From contig OZ024764.1 of NCBI GenBank assembly GCA_964016885.1, positions 16,678,001-16,742,000 on the forward strand: 64,000 nucleotides of DNA, read 5' to 3'. Below, piece after piece: positions 1 through 13,200 of this stretch (position 1 is the stretch's first letter; every line of letters starts with the position of its first letter). The stretch comes from Eledone cirrhosa. Taxonomy: Eukaryota. Under the pieces are notes generated by a model. It did no database searches and was not told where the DNA came from. It saw only the letters and a list, made by a program, of their open reading frames with translations. Position numbers and translations under genes: made by a program.

Positions 1-798
1 AGTTTCCTGTGTCTCTTCACACAAAGCTTGCAATATCTAACTAAACATACATATATATATATATACACACATATATATATATACATGTATGTATATATAT
101 GTGCGTGTGTGTATAAATATATATGTATATATGTATAGATATATATGTATATAGATGTGTATATATACATACCCACACATACATATATACATACACACAC
201 GTCTATATACACACACATCTATATATACATACATCTATATACATACACACATCTATATATACACACACACACACATCTATATATACATACATCTATATAT
301 ACATACACACATCTATATATACACACACACACACACACACATCTATATACACATACATCTATATATACATACACACATCTATATATATACACACACACAC
401 AGATCTATATATACATACATCTATATACATACACACATCTATATATACACACACACACATCTATATATACATACATCTATATACATACACACATCTATAT
501 ATATACACACACACACATCTATATACACACACATCTATATATACATACACACATCTATATATACACACACACACACAGATCTATATATACATACATCTAT
601 ATACATACACACATCTATATATACACACACATCCATATATACATATATATATATATACATATATATTTATACACACATATATATATACATACATGTATAA
701 TGTATAGATATATACATACGTGTGTATATATATTGGTTTGAGTAAAATAACAGGAGTCCGAACTGGTGATGTCCCTTTAAAGATTTATTGATGCAAAA

Positions 799-856
799 AC
801 ACTATGTATATTTCAATGGCCTGGTTACATAAGATCCTAGCAACATCATCAGGTGC
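799..856 (-). ncRNA. Possible hammerhead motif
   Basis: GCAC / CUGAUGA / weak stem II / GAAA / UAUAC-AUA / GUGU, followed by AAUAAA. Confidence 0.45.
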
Positions 857-1149
857 AGATAGCATAATTAGATAGCTAAATATATGTATGTGTGTCATCA
901 TCATCATCGTTTAATGTCCATCTTCCACGCTTGCATGGAGAGATGCTGTGCTGAAGCACGGAAAGCAGACGTAAAATGATGTATCATCATTTCATTTTAC
1001 ATCCACTTTTCCCTGCCTGCAAGGGTGGGACGGGAACTGATTCTGGCTTGATTTCTACAGCTGGAGGCCCTTCCTAACACCAACCTCATTTACAGTGAGT
1101 GCTGGGTGCTTTCTTGCCGTGGCACCTCCACGACCACTTTGCAGTGGAA

Positions 1150-1302
1150 TGATAGGGACCCCAGTCCCTATCATCTCATTTCTACAGCTGAGTAAACTGG
1201 AGCAATGTGAAATAAAGTGTCTTGCTCAAGGAAACAACACATCACCTGGTCTGAGAATTGAACTCACAACCTTTCGATTGCAAGGCCAATGCTCTAACCA
1301 TT
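1150..1302 (-). mobile_element. tRNA-derived SINE
   Basis: Minus strand TGGTTAGAGCATTGG..GTGAGTTCAATTCTCA (A/B boxes), then CCTTGAGCAAGACACTT. Confidence 0.7.
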
Positions 1303-1693
1303 ACAGATTTCCTTCTATAAAAATATGACCATACAGGGTGTTGGTGATGGTGATAGCAGTGTATGCATGTGTGTGTTTGTGCATGCATGTATGTATGTAT
1401 GTATGTGTGTGTCTGTATATGTAGTGTGGTCTGTGTGTGTAGGCATCTATGTGAGTGTGTATGGTGCAGTGTGTGTATGTATGTGTGGTACTGTTTGGTC
1501 ATCATCTATCTATTGGGGAGAGGGAGGGGGGGGGTCTTTTCTTATCCCCTTCAACCTTTCTTAGAAATTATCATCACCACCATCATCATCATTTAACACA
1601 TATGTTCCATACTAGCATGGGTTAGATTGGTTGTCCCATTGTGAGACAATTCAGAGCAGATGACCATCTCTTGCTCGCACAGAACCATCTCTA

Positions 1694-2939
1694 ACTTGGT
1701 TTCTGTGACTGGTTGCCCTTGGTTTCTGTGACTAGTTGCCCTTGGTTTCTGTGACTAGTTGCCCTTGGTTTCTGTGACTGGTTGCCCTTGGTTTCTGTGA
1801 CTGGTTGCCCTTGGTTTCTGTGACTGGTTGCCCTTGGTTTCTGTGACTGGTTGCCCTTGGTTTCTGTGACTGGTTGCCCTTGGTTTCTGTGACTGGTTGC
1901 CCTTGGTTTCTGTGACTAGTTGCCCTTGGTTTCTGTGACTGGTTGCCCTTGGTTTCTGTGACTGGTTGCCCTTGGTTTCTGTGACTGGTTGCCCTTGGTT
2001 TCTGTGACTAGTTGCCCTTGGTTTCTGTGACTAGTTGCCCTTGGTTTCTGTGACTGGTTGCCCTTGGTTTCTGTGACTGGTTGCCCTTGGTTTCTGTGAC
2101 TGGTTGCCCTTGGTTTCTGTGACTGGTTGCCCTTGGTTTCTGTGACTGGTTGCCCTTGGTTTCTGTGACTAGTTGCCCTTGGTTTCTGTGACTAGTTGCC
2201 CTTGGTTTCTGTGACTGGTTGCCCTTGGTTTCTGTGACTGGTTGCCCTTGGTTTCTGTGACTGGTTGCCCTTGGTTTCTGTGACTGGTTGCCCTTGGTTT
2301 CTGTGACTGGTTGCCCTTGGTTTCTGTGACTAGTTGCCCTTGGTTTCTGTGACTGGTTGCCCTTGGTTTCTGTGACTGGTTGCCCTTGGTTTCTGTGACT
2401 AGTTGCCCTTGGTTTCTGTGACTGGTTGCCCTTGGTTTCTGTGACTGGTTGCCCTTGGTTTCTGTGACTGATTGCCCTTGGTTTCTGTGACTAGTTGCCC
2501 TTGGTTTCTGTGACTGGTTGCCCTTGGTTTCTGTGACTGGTTGCCCTTGGTTTCTGTGACTGGTTGCCCTTGGTTTCTGTGACTGGTTGCCCTTGGTTTC
2601 TGTGACTGGTTGCCCTTGGTTTCTGTGACTGGTTGCCCTTGGTTTCTGTGACTGGTTGCCCTTGGTTTCTGTGACTGGTTGCCCTTGGTTTCTGTGACTG
2701 GTTGCCCTTGGTTTCTGTGACTAGTTGCCCTTGGTTTCTGTGACTGGTTGCCCTTGGTTTCTGTGACTAGTTGCCCTTGGTTTCTGTGACTGGTTGCCCT
2801 TGGTTTCTGTGACTGGTTGCCCTTGGTTTCTGTGACTGGTTGCCCTTGGTTTCTGTGACTGGTTGCCCTTGGTTTCTGTGACTGGTTGCCCTTGGTTTCT
2901 GTGACTGGTTGCCCTTGGTTTCTGTGACTGGTTGCCCTT
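1694..2939. repeat. 23-bp minisatellite, ~54 copies
   Basis: Unit GGTTTCTGTGACTGGTTGCCCTT. Confidence 0.97.
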
Positions 2940-3032
2940 CCTAACGCCAACCAAGTTTACACAGTGTGGACTGGGAACTTTCTCATTCCCTCTTTAAACC
3001 TTTAGCATTTACATTACTCTCTATTTACTACA

Positions 3033-4138
3033 AGTAGTGGTAGTGTCAGTGGTAGTGGTAGTGGTAGTGGTAGTGTCAGTGGTAGTAGTGGTAGTAGTAG
3101 TGGTAGTGGTAGTGTCAGTGGTAGTAGTGGTAGTGTCAGTGGTAGTAGTGGTAGTGGTAGTGTCAGTGGTAGTAGTGGTAGTGTCAGTGGTAGTAGTGGT
3201 AGTGGTGGTAGTAGTGTCAGTGGTAGTGGTAGTGGTAGTGGTAGTGTCAGTGGTAGTAGTGGTAGTAGTAGTGGTAGTGGTAGTGTCAGTGGTAGTAGTG
3301 GTAGTGTCAGTGGTAGTAGTGGTAGTGGTAGTGGTAGTGGTGGTAGTAGTGTCAGTGGTAGTGGTAGTGGTAGTGGTAGTGTCAGTGGTAGTAGTGGTAG
3401 TGGTAGTGTCAGTGGTAGTAGTGGTAGTGTCAGTGGTAGTAGTGGTAGTGGTAGTGTCAGTGGTAGTAGTGGTAGTGTCAGTGGTAGTAGTGGTAGTGGT
3501 AGTGGTAGTGGTGGTAGTAGTGTCAGTGGTAGTGGTAGTGGTAGTGGTAGTGTCAGTGGTAGTAGTGGTAGTGGTAGTGTCAGTGGTAGTAGTGGTAGTG
3601 TCAGTGGTAGTAGTGGTAGTGGTAGTGTCAGTGGTAGTAGTAGTAGTGGTAGTAGTAGTAGTGGTAGTGTCAATGGTAGTAGTGGTAGTAGTGGTAGTGG
3701 TAGTGTCAGTGGTAGTAGTGGTAGTAGTAGTAGTGGTAGTGGTAGTGTCAATGGTAGTAGTAGTAGTGGTAGTGTCAGTGGTAGTAGTAGTAGTGGTAGT
3801 GTCAGTAGTGGTAGTGTCAGTGGTAGTAGTAGTGGTGGTAGTGTCAGTGGTAGTAGTAGTAGTGGTAGTGTCAGTGGTAGTAGTAGTGGTGGTAGTGTCA
3901 GTGGTAGTAGTAGTAGTGGTAGTGTCAGTGGTAGTAGTAGTGGTGGTAGTGTCAGTAAACCAGGAACAGCCACCATCCACTCCACTCCACTCCACTCCAC
4001 TCCACTCCACTCCACTCCACTCCACTCCACTCCACAACAGGACAGGAAGCTAATATAACATTCTTCTCATGTTCATCATAACATGTAATACTTAATGATA
4101 GCTTAACATACTGCTGCTGCTGCTGCTGCTGCTGCTAT

Positions 4139-4172
<34 letters not shown>

Positions 4173-4343
4173 ATTACTACTGCTGCTGCTATTGCTACTG
4201 CTACTGCTGCTGCTATTACTACTGCTACTACTACTACTACTACTGCTATTACTACTGCTGCTACTGCTACTGCTATTACTACTGCTGCTACTGCTACTGC
4301 TATTACTACTACTGCTGCTACTGCTACTACTACTTACTGCTAT

Positions 4344-4378
<35 letters not shown>

Positions 4379-4379
4379 T

Positions 4380-4416
<37 letters not shown>

Positions 4417-4612
4417 GCTATTACTACTACTGCTACTACTACTACTACTACTACTGCTATTACTACTGCTACTACTACTGCTATTACTACTACTACTGCT
4501 ATTACTACTGCTACTACTACTACTGCTACTACTACTGCTATTACTACTACTACTACTACTACTTACTGCTATTACTACTACTACTACTGCTGCTACTACT
4601 ACTACTGCTACT
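3033..4612. repeat. Compound (GTA/GTG)n, (CCACT)n and (CTA/CTG)n microsatellites
   Basis: Direct inspection. Confidence 0.95.
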
Positions 4613-4750
4613 ACATGTCGAAACGGCCAGAGCTCAGTGTTGGGGTCCTGACTCTCTTCCGATATCAAGGGACCTGTTATTTTAATCTAAAGACATTTTT
4701 TCCAATTCCATCCCCACCCGTCACCTCAATCTATCTTATTTCTCATTCTT

Positions 4751-4786
4751 TCTTCCGATGAAGGACTAGCGTCCGAAACGTTAAGA
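4751..4786 (+). ncRNA. Degenerate Penelope-type minimal hammerhead
   Basis: UCUU-CCGAUGA-a-GGAC-uagc-GUCC-GAAA-CGUUA-AGA. Core has U4>C, stem III is the palindrome AACGUU. Confidence 0.55.
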
Positions 4787-4871
4787 CCCTCTTCCTGCTA
4801 TATCAAGCGTTAACCTAATATATACCTTCCATATACTGTACCGACTGTGTTGTTATTTCTGTTTACCTTTT

Positions 4872-4902
<31 letters not shown>

Positions 4903-5373
4903 CATATATATATGTATATATAACGAAGGAGTTGTGGTAAGGAACCAGGTGGACCATAACGCACTAGAGTACTCAATACTTAGAGCTCAAGCCGTTTCTC
5001 AGTCCAGAAATAGCCATCGAAACGGCTTGATCTCTGCCATTGGGGTCATACTTGTTCCTATTTCCCACTCTACTACCCTAAGTATTGAGTACTCTGGTGC
5101 GTTATGGTCCATCTGGTTCCTTACCACAATTCCTTTGTTATATATATATATAGAGAGAGAGAGAGTAAAAGCAGGCTTTGTTTATAACCAGTAAACCAAG
5201 TTTGAAAATAGGTAGTAACGTGCTTACCCCGTATTTGACTAAATAGAATCAGTCTGTTAGTTGGGGTTTTAAAAAAAACACCCTGAATGGAAAAAAGGAT
5301 GAGTATTGACGTACATGGGACACAAACCTACATCTTTGGTTTGCCGGACCAATGTGTTACCATTATATATATA

Positions 5374-5565
5374 AGGGTGGTGAATTGGCAGTATCGGTAG
5401 AGGGTCGGACACCATGATTTGACACATAGAGTTACGGCCCTTGCCATTCTGAGTTCAAATCCCGCCGAGGTTAACTTTGCCTTTCATCCTTACGGGGTCG
5501 ATAAAATAAAGTACCAGTAATGCACTGGGGTAATTGCTTGCCTTGTGCCAAAAGTAGAAATAATT
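5374..5565 (+). mobile_element. tRNA-derived SINE with Nin-like domain
   Basis: A box TGGCAGTATCGG, B box GAGTTCAAATCC, then GCCTTTCATCCTTACGGGGTCGATAAAA. Other copies at ~54790-54925(+), 58590-58740(-), 63135-63290(-), 44405-44485(-). Confidence 0.75.
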
Positions 5566-5804
5566 ATTTATATGGTCTTCAAAATGTTTTTAATTAAACA
5601 TACGGTATATTGCCAAATATACTATACATACAATCATGTATACATCACTATACATACATTCATGTATACATCACTATACATACATTCATGTATACATCAC
5701 TATACATACATTCATGTATACATCACTATTTCAGAGCACCAATACTAATGTCTAAGTATAACTGGTCAACAGAGCACCAATACTAATGTCTAAGTATAAC
5801 TGGT

Positions 5805-5970
5805 CAAGAACATTAAATTCAAACCCAGACACAACAGATTCCTACAAAAACTCCGTAGCAAATTAACAGAGTATGAAAACACCAACGACATCATGGTGCA
5901 CTCAAACAAAACTCCCAGAAATATCCGTCGAAACGGCTTGAGCTCTGCCGTCGGGGTCATACTTGTTCCT
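5805..5970 (+). mobile_element. Penelope-like element fragment
   Basis: Translates KNIKFKPRHNRFLQKLRSKLTEYENTNDIMVHSNKT, resembling the region before the DK(T/G) motif of PLE ORFs (recalled). Fused to GAAACGGC..GCCGTC, a hammerhead stem III also seen at ~5020 and ~33950. Confidence 0.5.
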
Positions 5971-5994
5971 ATATATATCATCCTCATCATCATC

Positions 5995-6345
5995 ATCATC
6001 ATCGTTTAACGTCCATCTTCCACGCTAGCATGGGTTTGGACGGGAATTGTCCCACTTGAGGCAAGATTCGTTGTCTTGCTCATATAGGACTGTCTGGCGG
6101 GTTTTCTATGGCTGGATGCCCTTCCTAACACCAACCACGTTTACAGTGTGGGGCTGGGAGGTTTTTACCGTGTTACCTACACGGCCACATTTACAGTCTG
6201 GACTGGGAGCTTTTTTTGTTGTGACACCTACACGACCTCATTTATTTAGCACTGGATGTTGTGGTACCAACATAACTTTACATCGAAAGGGGTGGTGTGG
6301 ATGGGGTGGGGTAGTGGGACGAGGGGGGAGGGGTATATTTTGGTT
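5995..6345. mobile_element. Dispersed SINE/LINE-tail family with (CAT)n end
   Basis: GCTGGATGCCCTTCCTAACACCAACCAC..TTTACAGTGTG core. Copies at ~34835-35125, 60280-60725, 62420-62780 (inverted), 54500-54680. Confidence 0.75.
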
Positions 6346-6515
6346 AAGAGGTATATCAACATCATCTGAGTTATTTATCTGAGTTATTTAATTTGTTGAT
6401 TATTCAACAAAGTTAATTTATAATAGATTAGAAACACTCAACAAGATTTTTCTGGAGTATAATATCAATAATATTAATATTAATAAATGGAAAATATCTT
6501 TCTAAAACCATATTT

Positions 6516-6574
6516 ATTTTATTATACATATTTCAAGGGTACCAGTATTTTGGTACACTATCGTCAGATAAAAT
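6516..6574 (-). ncRNA. Hammerhead ribozyme, family A, solo copy
   Basis: AUUUUAU / CUGACGA / ..GUACCA-aaauac-UGGUAC.. / GAAA / UAUGU-AUA / AUAAAAU. Confidence 0.72.
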
Positions 6575-6728
6575 ACAATATTTGGTTTACAGATAGTGAC
6601 ATATCCACATATGAACTTGATGTTATGAGTTCAGTGTAGATATATATGTGTGTGTGTATGTGTGTGTGTGTGTATGTGTGTGTGTGTGTGTGTATATATG
6701 TGTGTGTGTGTGTATATGTGTGTGTATG

Positions 6729-6763
<35 letters not shown>

Positions 6764-6769
6764 ATACAT

Positions 6770-7025
6770 TTGAGAGAGAAACTGTGTATAAGAGGGATAG
6801 GTTGTAGTGTGCTGGAGAGAAGGCTGCGTTGGTATGGCCATGTGATGTGCATGGATGATGACTGCTGGGTGAAGAAGTGCCAAGTAATCCCAGTGGAGGG
6901 AAGCCGTAGTAGAGGAAGACTACAGAAAACATGGGTGGAGGTGGTGAGAGCAGACCTCAGATCACTGAAGCTCACAGAGGAGATGACAAAGGACCGTGGC
7001 AAATGGAGGAAAAGCAGACATAAAA
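6770..7025 (+). mobile_element. RTE LINE 3' end
   Basis: [29 protein letters not shown]. Related tails at ~37085-37420(-), 56570-56780(+) and 63330-63930(-). Confidence 0.8.
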
Positions 7026-7030
7026 TGATG

Positions 7031-7066
<36 letters not shown>

Positions 7067-7479
7067 TACATACTATATATACAATATATATATATACATA
7101 GAAATTAACAGATTTCCTTCTATAAAAATATGACCATACAGGGTGTTGGTGATGGTGATAGCAGTGTATGTATGTGTGTGTTTGTGCATGCATGCATGTA
7201 TGTATGTGTGTATGTATGTGTGTGTCTGTATATGTAGTGTGGTCTGTGTGTGTAGGCATCTATGTGAGTGTGTATGTGTGGTGTGTATGGTGCAGTGTGT
7301 GTATATATGTGTGCTGTGTATGTGTGTGTGTGTATGTATGTGTGTGTGGTGATAGTTAAAATAAGAATTCACCAGTTGTGTATTTATACTGGTGAATCAC
7401 CTCCAGAGATAACACAATTCCTTGTTTGATAGGCGACACTAAATTCACTGATAGAAGCTTTTATATTCTTCCTATCTCG

Positions 7480-8110
7480 AAAATATAGGAAACAATTCCC
7501 AAACATGGCTACCTCAATGGTACGGGGTGGGGGGACTCTTCTGACATTGAAAATATTTAAAAATTCTCAAATATTGCTACCCTAATGGTATGGGGCCTCT
7601 TCTGACCTCAAAAATATTAGAAACAATTCCCAAACATAGCTACCTCAATGGTATGGGGCCTCTACTGACCTCAAAAATATTAGAAACAATTCCCAAACAT
7701 GGCTACCTCAATGGTATGGGGCCCTCTTCTTAGCTTGAAAATATTAGAAACAATTCCCAAACATGGCTACCTCAATGGTATGGGGCCTCTTCTTAGCTTG
7801 AAAATATTAGAAACAATTCCCAAACATGGCTACCTCAATGGTATGGGGCCTCTTCTTAGCTTGAAATAATTAGAAACAATTCCCAAACATGGCTACCTCA
7901 ATGGTATAGGGCCTCTACTGACCTTGAAAATATTAGAAAGAATATAGAAACATGCTTATCTTAATGGTATGGGGCCTCTTCTGTCCTGGAAAATATTAGA
8001 AAGACTACAGAAACATGCTTATTTTAATGGTATGGGGCCTCTTCTGACCTGGAAAATATTAGAAAAAATACCCAAACATTGTTAACCCAAATGATATGGG
8101 GTCCTGGACA
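7480..8110. repeat. ~62-bp tandem repeat, ~10 copies
   Basis: AAAATATTAGAAACAATTCCCAAACATGGCTACCTCAATGGTATGGGGCCTCTTC... Confidence 0.9.
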
Positions 8111-8624
8111 GTGTGTGTGTGTGTGTGGGGGGGGGGGGGGTTCCAAATGCTACGGGTCCAGTTGGGATGGGAGAACAAATGGTCTTTGGTATGCAGACCC
8201 CCAGATGTATATTGCCACCACCATAGTCCCAGCAGAGAGGACAGAATACAGAAGTGTTACCTCCCGGAGAATGACAATTTCTGTTGAAATGGACATTACA
8301 ACAGAAGTGGCTCATTTGCGAGGGCGGCCAACTCCTTCCCAACAGCGGTAAGTAGGGGGTAGACACCAGATGCTCAAAAGAAGCTTTGAAATACTATTAT
8401 GAAAGTTGGTGCACATGTGGCTTTATCAATGCTAAAAATAGGCCTGGAAATGTTATAAAGGATTGACAGACTAATGTCTTCATGCCAAAAGTGGTCTGGA
8501 AGGTTTGACTTTATCATTGCTGATATGTAGCCTAGAAATGTCATAATGAAGGATGGTACATAGATACTTATCAATGCTAAAAAGAGGCTTGGAAATGTTA
8601 TTATAAGGGACTGACAGACTGGTC

Positions 8625-9082
8625 TTAACCCTTTAGCATTTACATTACTCTATATATACTATTGTATTTTCACAGTAAAGGCTTTACCTCACATAATATC
8701 TCACATAGCATTTACATTACTCTATATATACTATTGTATTTTCACAGTAAAGGCTTTACCTCACATAATATCTCACATAGCATTTACATTACTCTATATA
8801 TACTATTGTATTTTCACAGTAAAGGCTTTACCTCACATAATATCTCACAAAACATTTACATTACTCTATATATACTATTGTATTTTCACAGTAAAGGCTT
8901 TACCTCACATAATATCTCACATAGCATTTACATTACTCTATATATACTATTGTATTTTCACAGTAAAGACTTTACCTCACATAATTATCTCATATAGTAT
9001 TGAATCTATGATTTTGATATCTATTTTGAGAAGAATACCTTAACATCAGTATAAGTGGCTGGTTACAGCCAGTTTAAATGCC
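8625..9082 (+). mobile_element. Same MITE with ~5 x 72-bp units
   Basis: TTAACCCTTTAGCATTT start, internal array, family tail. Confidence 0.8.
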
Positions 9083-9156
9083 AAAAAAGAGAGACTTAGT
9101 CTTATGAATGCTGAAATGTGGCCTGGAAATACTATTATGAAGGGGTTGTTGGGTGA

Positions 9157-9197
<41 letters not shown>

Positions 9198-9494
9198 GGC
9201 TGGGGCAGAGATAGAGAGAGAGAATGAGTGAGAGAGAGAGAATGAGTGAGAGATTGAGAGCTTGGACAGACAGAGAGATGGAAAGAGAGAGAGAGAGAGA
9301 GAGATTGAGGGTGGGGAGAGAGAGAGATTGGGGGCGGGGAGAGAGCGGAGTGAAGGTGTGTCCCAAGTGGAGCAGTGACTGAATCTGATAGTCATATGGG
9401 TGGAAAGCAGGTAAAGAGTGAGCACGATTAAGGATAAGGTGACAAGTAGACCACATCAGAGATAATCTCTGAAGGTAGAACAGGAAGTAAATTA

Positions 9495-9990
9495 CTGACG
9501 TCACCAATCATGTAGGGTGGGGCGTGGTACCCAGGGTGTGGTGGAGCTGGACGTCACCAATCATGTAGGGTGGAGCGTGGTACCCAGGGTGTGGTGGAGT
9601 GTGGTACCCAGGGTGTGGTGGAGCTGGACGTCACCAATCATGTAGGGTGGAGCGTGGTACCCAGGGTGTGGTGGAGCTGGACGTCACCAATCATGTAGGG
9701 TGGAGCGTGGTACCCAGGGTGCGGTGGAGCGTGGTACCCAGGGTGTGGTGGAGCTGGACGTCACCAATCATGTAGGGTGGGGCGTGGTACCCAGGGTGTG
9801 GTGGAGTGTGGTACCCAGGGTGTGGTGGAGCTGGACGTCACCAATCATGTAGGGTGGAGCGTGGTACCCAGGGTATGGTGGAGCTGGACATCACCAATCA
9901 TGTAGGGTGGAGCGTGGTACCCAGGGTGTGATGGAGCTGGACATCAATCATGTAGGGTGGGGCGTGGTACCCAGGGTGTGATGGAGCTGT
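9495..9990. repeat. 53-bp GC-rich minisatellite, ~8 copies
   Basis: GACGTCACCAATCATGTAGGGTGGRGCGTGGTACCCAGGGTGTGGTGGAGCTG. Confidence 0.93.
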
Positions 9991-10231
9991 TAATTAAGGA
10001 TATGGTGACAGCTGGTCATTAGGAAGAGCAGGCTGAGGTGGAGCATTAAATCATACAGGTAGGTCGTTAATAATACAGGCAGGTGTGATGACAGATGGTA
10101 GATGTGAGGACTGATAGTCCGTAATTACAGGTAGCTGTGAGGACTGGCAGGTCATTAGAAAATACAGGTAGGTGTGAGGACAGGTAATTGTTTCTACTTT
10201 TGGTATAAGACCAGCAATTATCCAGGTAAAT

Positions 10232-13200
10232 TGTACAGGTAAGTGAGGACAGGTGAGTGTCATCGGGGGTTATACAGACAGGTGTGTGTCATCAGAGGTT
10301 GTACAGGTAGGTGTGGGGTCAGGTGTGTGTCATCAGGGATTGTACAGACAGGTGTGTGTCATCAGAGGTTATACAGGTAGGTGTGGGGACAGGTGTGTGT
10401 CATCAGGGATTGTACAGGTAGGTGTGGGGACAGGTGTGTGTCATCAGGGATTGTACAGGTAGGTGTGAGTACAGGTGAGGGTCATCAGGGGTTGTACAGG
10501 TAGGTGTGGGGTCAGGTGTGTGTCATCAGGGATTGTACAGGTAGGTGTGAGTACAGGTGAGGGTCATCAGGGGTTGTACAGGTAGGTGTGAGTACAGGTA
10601 AGTGTCACCAGGGGTTGTACAGGTAGATGTGAGGTCAGGTGAGTGTCATCAGGGGTTGTACAGGTAGATGTGAGGACAGGTGAGTGTCACCAGGGGTTGT
10701 ACAGGTAGATGTGAGGACAGGTGAGGGTCATCAGGGATTGTACAGGTAGATGTGAGGACAGGTGAGTGTCACCAGGGGTTGTACAGGTAGGTGTGGGGTC
10801 AGGTGTGTGTCATCAGGGGTTATACAGGTAGGTGTGGGGACAGGTGAGTGTCACCAGGGGTTATACAGGTAGGTGTGGGGACAGGTGTGTGTCATCAGGG
10901 ATTGTACAGACAGGTGAGTGTCATCAGAGGTTGTACAGGTAAGTGAGGACAGGTGAGTGTCACCAGGGGTTGTACAGGTAGATGTGAGGACAGGTGAGTG
11001 TCACCAGGGGTTGTACAGGTAGATGTGAGGTCAGGTGAGTGTCACCAGGGGTTGTACAGGTAGATGTGAGGTCAGGTGAGTGTCACCAGGGGTTGTACAG
11101 GTAGATGTGAGGACAGGTGAGTGTCATCAGGGGTTGTACAGGTAGATGTGAGGACAGGTGAGTGTCACCAGGGATTGTACAGGTAGATGTGAGGACAGGT
11201 GAGTGTCACCAGGGGTTGTACAGGTAGATGTGAGGACAGGTGAGTGTCACCAGGGGTTGTACAGGTAGATGTGAGGACAGGTGAGTGTCACCAGGGGTTG
11301 TACAGGTAGATGTGAGGTCAGGTGAGTGTCACCAGGGGTTGTACAGGTAGATGTGAGGACAGGTGAGTGTCATCAGGGGTTGTACAGGTAGATGTGAGGA
11401 CAGGTGAGTGTCACCAGGGATTGTACAGGTAGATGTGAGGACAGGTGAGTGTCATCAGGGGTTGTACAGGTAGATGTGAGGACAGGTGAGTGTCACCAGG
11501 GGTTGTACAGGTAGATGTGAGGTCAGGTGAGTGTCACCAGGGGTTGTACAGGTAGATGTGAGGACAGGTGAGTGTCACCAGGGGTTGTACAGGTAGGTGT
11601 GAGGACAGGTGAGTGTCACCAGGGGTTGTACAGGTAGATGTGAGGACAGGTGAGTGTCACCAGGGGTTGTACAGGTAGATGTGAGGACAGGTGAGTGTCA
11701 CCAGGGGTTGTACAGGTAGATGTGAGGTCAGGTGAGTGTCACCAGGGGTTGTACAGGTAGATGTGAGGACAGGTGAGTGTCATCAGGGGTTGTACAGGTA
11801 GATGTGAGGACAGGTGAGTGTCACCAGGGATTGTACAGGTAGATGTGAGGACAGGTGAGTGTCATCAGGGGTTGTACAGGTAGATGTGAGGACAGGTGAG
11901 TGTCACCAGGGGTTGTACAGGTAGATGTGAGGTCAGGTGAGTGTCACCAGGGGTTGTACAGGTAGATGTGAGGACAGGTGAGTGTCACCAGGGGTTGTAC
12001 AGGTAGATGTGAGGACAGGTGAGTGTCACCAGGGGTTGTACAGGTAGATGTGAGGACAGGTGAGTGTCACCAGGGGTTGTACAGGTAGATGTGAGGACAG
12101 GTGAGTGTCACCAGGGGTTGTACAGGTAGATGTGAGGACAGGTGAGTGTCACCAGGGGTTGTACAGGTAGATGTGAGGTCAGGTGAGTGTCACCAGGGGT
12201 TGTACAGGTAGATGTGAGGACAGGTGAGTGTCATCAGGGGTTGTACAGGTAGATGTGAGGACAGGTGAGTGTCACCAGGGATTGTACAGGTAGATGTGAG
12301 GACAGGTGAGTGTCATCAGGGGTTGTACAGGTAGATGTGAGGACAGGTGAGTGTCACCAGGGGTTGTACAGGTAGATGTGAGGACAGGTGAGTGTCATCA
12401 GGGGTTGTACAGGTAGATGTGAGGACAGGTGAGTGTCATCAGGGGTTGTACAGGTAGATGTGAGGACAGGTGAGTGTCATCAGGGGTTGTACAGGTAGAT
12501 GTGAGGACAGGTGAGTGTCACCAGGGGTTGTACAGGTAGGTGTGGGGACAGGTGAGTGTCACCAGGGGTTGTACAGGTAGATGTGAGGACAGGTGAGTGT
12601 CATCAGGGGTTGTACAGGTAGATGTGAGGACAGGTGAGTGTCACCAGGGGTTGTACAGGTAGGTGTGGGGACAGGTGAGTGTCACCAGGGGTTGTACAGG
12701 TAGATGTGAGGACAGGTGAGTGTCACCAGGGGTTGTACAGGTAGATGTGAGGACAGGTGAGTGTCATCAGGGGTTGTACAGGTAAGTGAGGACAGGTGAG
12801 TGTCACCAGGGGTTGTACAGGTAGATGTGAGGACAGGTGAGTGTCACCAGGGGTTGTACAGGTAGATGTGAGGACAGGTGAGTGTCACCAGGGGTTGTAC
12901 AGGTAGATGTGAGGACAAGTGAGTGTCACCAGGGGTTGTACAGGTAGATGTGAGGACAGGTGAGTGTCACCAGGGGTTGTACAGGTAGGTGTGAGGACAG
13001 GTGAGTGTCACCAGGGGTTGTACAGGTAAGTGAGGACAGGTGAGTGTCACCAGGGGTTGTACAGGTAGATGTGAGGACAGGTGAGTGTCACCAGGGATTG
13101 TACAGGTAGATGTGAGGACAAGTGAGTGTCACCAGGGGTTGTACAGGTAGATGTGAGGACAGGTGAGTGTCATCAGGGGTTGTACAGGTAGATGTGAGGA

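Noticed and set aside
3014-4053. Mucin-like poly-Thr or poly-Val ORFs
   Set aside because: Trinucleotide microsatellite translation.
5300-5365. tRNA gene
   Set aside because: Degenerate tRNA-like SINE head with no complete cloverleaf.
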